The translations under genes and the position numbers were made by a program. Below are positions 61,790 through 64,000 of a stretch of DNA of 64,000 bases, one piece after another (within the stretch, counting starts at the first letter, position 1; each line of letters begins with the position of its first letter). The stretch is from Treponemataceae bacterium (GTDB taxonomy: Bacteria; Spirochaetota; Spirochaetia; Treponematales; Rectinemataceae): NCBI GenBank assembly GCA_963678065.2, contig CAXXVZ010000003.1:1760001-1824000 (forward strand), read 5' to 3'. The notes under the pieces were generated by a model. The model was given only the letters and a program-made list of their open reading frames with translations, was not told the origin of the DNA and did not search any database.

Positions 61790-63478
61790 ATGGGCACAAG
61801 CCTCAAAATACGGGATCTGACGCTGCGCGACGGTCAGCAGTCGCAATTCGCGACCAGGATGACCCAAGCCCAGGTTGACCGAGTCCTCCCCCTCTTCAAA
61901 AAAGCCCATTTCTACGCCATGGAGGTCTGGGGCGGAGCCGTTCCCGATTCCGTGATGCGCTACCTGAACGAGAATCCGTGGAAGCGCCTCGAATCCATCA
62001 AAGAGGGGATCGCCGGGTCATCCTTGCTCACCGCGCTCTCCCGGGGACGGAACCTCTTCGGGTACACCCCCTACCCCGACTCGGTCATACGCGGCTTCTG
62101 CACCAACGCAGTGCACAGCGGCATCGACGTCATGCGCATCTTCGACGCGCTCAACGACATCGAGAACATGAAATCCTCCATACGCTTCGTCAAGGAAGCG
62201 GGAGGGTTGGCGGACTGCGCGGTCTGCTACACAGTGGACCCCGTCTTCCCGCGCTCCGAGAGGATCGCGGCCTTTTTAAAGGGAAAAAAGCTCCCCAAAA
62301 ACCTCTTCACGACAAAATACTACGTCGATGCGGCGAAGAAACTCGCAGCCCTCGGCGCCGATATGATCACCATCAAGGATATGGCCGGCCTCGTCGACCC
62401 GCGCACGGGCGCCGAACTCATCCGCGCACTCAAGTCCGAGGTCGGCATCCCTGTCGACCTTCACACCCACTGCACTCCTGGATTCGGTGTGGCCAGCATC
62501 CTCGCAGCCATGATGAACGGAGTCGACATCGTCGATACGGTCGTCCTCTCCTTCTCGGGCGGCCCCGCGGCTCCTGGCTACGAGATTATCAGGGTTTTCG
62601 CCGACAAACTCGGGATGGATACGGGGGTCGACGGAACCGCCGTGGCGGAAATCGACCATGAGTTGCGCGCTATCCGCTCGGAGCTCTCGGCATACGACCA
62701 GTACAAACTTCTTCCGCTCGCCTTCGACGTTTCAAAGGACAGACTCGAACCGGCAACCGAAGCCCTTTTTGACAGGGCGATCGAGGCCGGACGCGCCCGA
62801 AAGTGGGAAGAACTCACGTCCCTCTGCCATAAAATAGAGGCCGCCTTCAACTATCCCGGGCCGGACGACATAGTCCGCCACGCCCAGATCCCCGGCGGCA
62901 TGTACACCAACATGCTGGCCCAGCTCCAGGAGGCCAAGCTCGGGCACCTCGTGGGCGATGTCCTCAAGGCTGTCCCGGAAGTCCGGCTCGACTGCGGCGT
63001 TCCTCCGCTTGTGACTCCCACAAGCCAGATCGTCGGCGTCCAGGCGGTCAACTGCGTCGTTTCCCGCGCAAAAGGCGAGCCCATGTACGCCAATGTCTCC
63101 AAAAATTTCTCCGAGCTGGTCAAGGGTTCCTACGGCACGACTCCTTGGCCGGTCGATCCCGCCTTCCGCGAGAAGATATGCGGCCTGCGCGAAGCCGTCC
63201 CCTACGACACCTCGAAGTACCGGAAGCAGCCCAATCCTGCCCTGCCGGAAGCGGGAGGGATGCTCCTCGCGCGCGACGAGAAGGAGGAGCTCCTCCTCGA
63301 ACTCTTTCCGAGCGTGGCCGACAAATTCCTTCGCGCACAGAAAAAAGCCGAGTGGCTTGCCGCGAATCCCGTGGCCACAAATCCGCCCGTCCCGCCGTCT
63401 CCCCCGCCCGAACCGGAAGTGCCCGAGGTATTCCCCGAAGCCTTCTGGAATCTCGTCACCGCCTTCGCGGGGGCCTGA
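61790..63478 (+). CDS. Pyruvate carboxylase B / OadA / transcarboxylase-5S-like carboxyltransferase without a biotinyl domain
   Basis: LRDGQQS, EVWGGA, IKDMAGL, HTH, PGGMYTN, LVTPTSQIVG; no MKM motif. Confidence 0.87.
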   Translation: MGTSLKIRDLTLRDGQQSQFATRMTQAQVDRVLPLFKKAHFYAMEVWGGAVPDSVMRYLNENPWKRLESIKEGIAGSSLLTALSRGRNLFGYTPYPDSVIRGFCTNAVHSGIDVMRIFDALNDIENMKSSIRFVKEAGGLADCAVCYTVDPVFPRSERIAAFLKGKKLPKNLFTTKYYVDAAKKLAALGADMITIKDMAGLVDPRTGAELIRALKSEVGIPVDLHTHCTPGFGVASILAAMMNGVDIVDTVVLSFSGGPAAPGYEIIRVFADKLGMDTGVDGTAVAEIDHELRAIRSELSAYDQYKLLPLAFDVSKDRLEPATEALFDRAIEAGRARKWEELTSLCHKIEAAFNYPGPDDIVRHAQIPGGMYTNMLAQLQEAKLGHLVGDVLKAVPEVRLDCGVPPLVTPTSQIVGVQAVNCVVSRAKGEPMYANVSKNFSELVKGSYGTTPWPVDPAFREKICGLREAVPYDTSKYRKQPNPALPEAGGMLLARDEKEELLLELFPSVADKFLRAQKKAEWLAANPVATNPPVPPSPPPEPEVPEVFPEAFWNLVTAFAGA

Positions 63479-63502
63479 AGACCCCCGCTTTCGCGGCCAG
63501 AC

Positions 63503-64000
63503 TCAGCGCAGATCCTCCAGCCTTTCTTCGAAGGACCCGATCATCACGGTGATGGCGGGACGGATAGCCGCAGTCGTTCCTGCAAATCCGATGCCTCCCA
63601 TGATCCCGAGTTCTCCGGTCAGCTTCAGGCCGGCGCCCAGCGTGCCGGATATCCTGAGGGGCAGGAATCCAAACTCGCTGTCGGAGACCTGGTTCGCAGT
63701 TCCGACGCTCGCGTTGGCGAGGAGGAACACATTGCCGCCGAGGATGGGGTTGATCTGTCCCAGTTTGCGGCGCATCTCGAGACCGAGTCCGGCCACGCTG
63801 TTTCCGACCGCCACCTGCTGCGACGAGGTCAGGCCGTAGAACATCCCCTGTCGAACCAGACTGTAAAAGCGGGTGCCGTCGACGGGTTCGGTTCCCGGGA
63901 TGAATCCGGAAAAATCCGTGCCCGCGAAAGCGGCGACGCCGAGCGTCGACGCGGGGCCCAGGGGAATCGCGGCCTCGAAATCGAGATCGGCCTGCGCGAA
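63503..64000 (-). CDS. C-terminal part of a probable outer-membrane/beta-strand protein; runs off the window
   Basis: Frame open to the window edge; alternating amphipathic segments (GLGLEMR, GTLGAGLKL). Confidence 0.45.
   Translation of the reverse strand, partial: FAQADLDFEAAIPLGPASTLGVAAFAGTDFSGFIPGTEPVDGTRFYSLVRQGMFYGLTSSQQVAVGNSVAGLGLEMRRKLGQINPILGGNVFLLANASVGTANQVSDSEFGFLPLRISGTLGAGLKLTGELGIMGGIGFAGTTAAIRPAITVMIGSFEERLEDLR

Overview
High-GC (visually ~65%) bacterial chromosome segment. The gene content (DUF3798 binding protein, CarD-IspDF, CPA2 antiporter-PTS EIIA fusion) suggests a free-living anaerobic spirochaete; this is an inference. From left to right: aminopeptidase P (partial), a GH127 glycosidase with a divergent AraC, a propeller/Y_Y_Y sensor kinase with a NarL regulator, a Dpp/Opp ABC transporter with a CocE/NonD hydrolase, DUF3798, a DTW protein, MarR-MATE, an operon of DedA, split D-glutamate cyclase-like genes, pxpA, pxpBC and GNAT, carD-ispDF, a fucose-isomerase-like/GH31 YihQ-like/DMT operon, and a stand-alone C-terminal DnaE fragment. 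Next come a low-GC island (M14 peptidase plus decayed IS3), a TAXI-TRAP transporter, an uncharacterised four-gene operon (ATP-grasp ligase, fused B12-dependent mutase-like protein, opine dehydrogenase, MscS-type TM-helix protein), thrA and the antiporter-EIIA fusion. The window ends with a large operon divergent from an IclR gene (korDABC-mutAB-meaB-mce-mmdADCB: 2-oxoacid to propionyl-CoA with Na+ pumping), a biotin-domain-less carboxyltransferase and a partial membrane protein. The best candidate for an undescribed system is the B12/opine-dehydrogenase/ATP-grasp/mechanosensitive-channel operon at 40184-45093. No rRNA, tRNA or CRISPR array was recognised. All family assignments come from motif recognition by eye; no database search was run.
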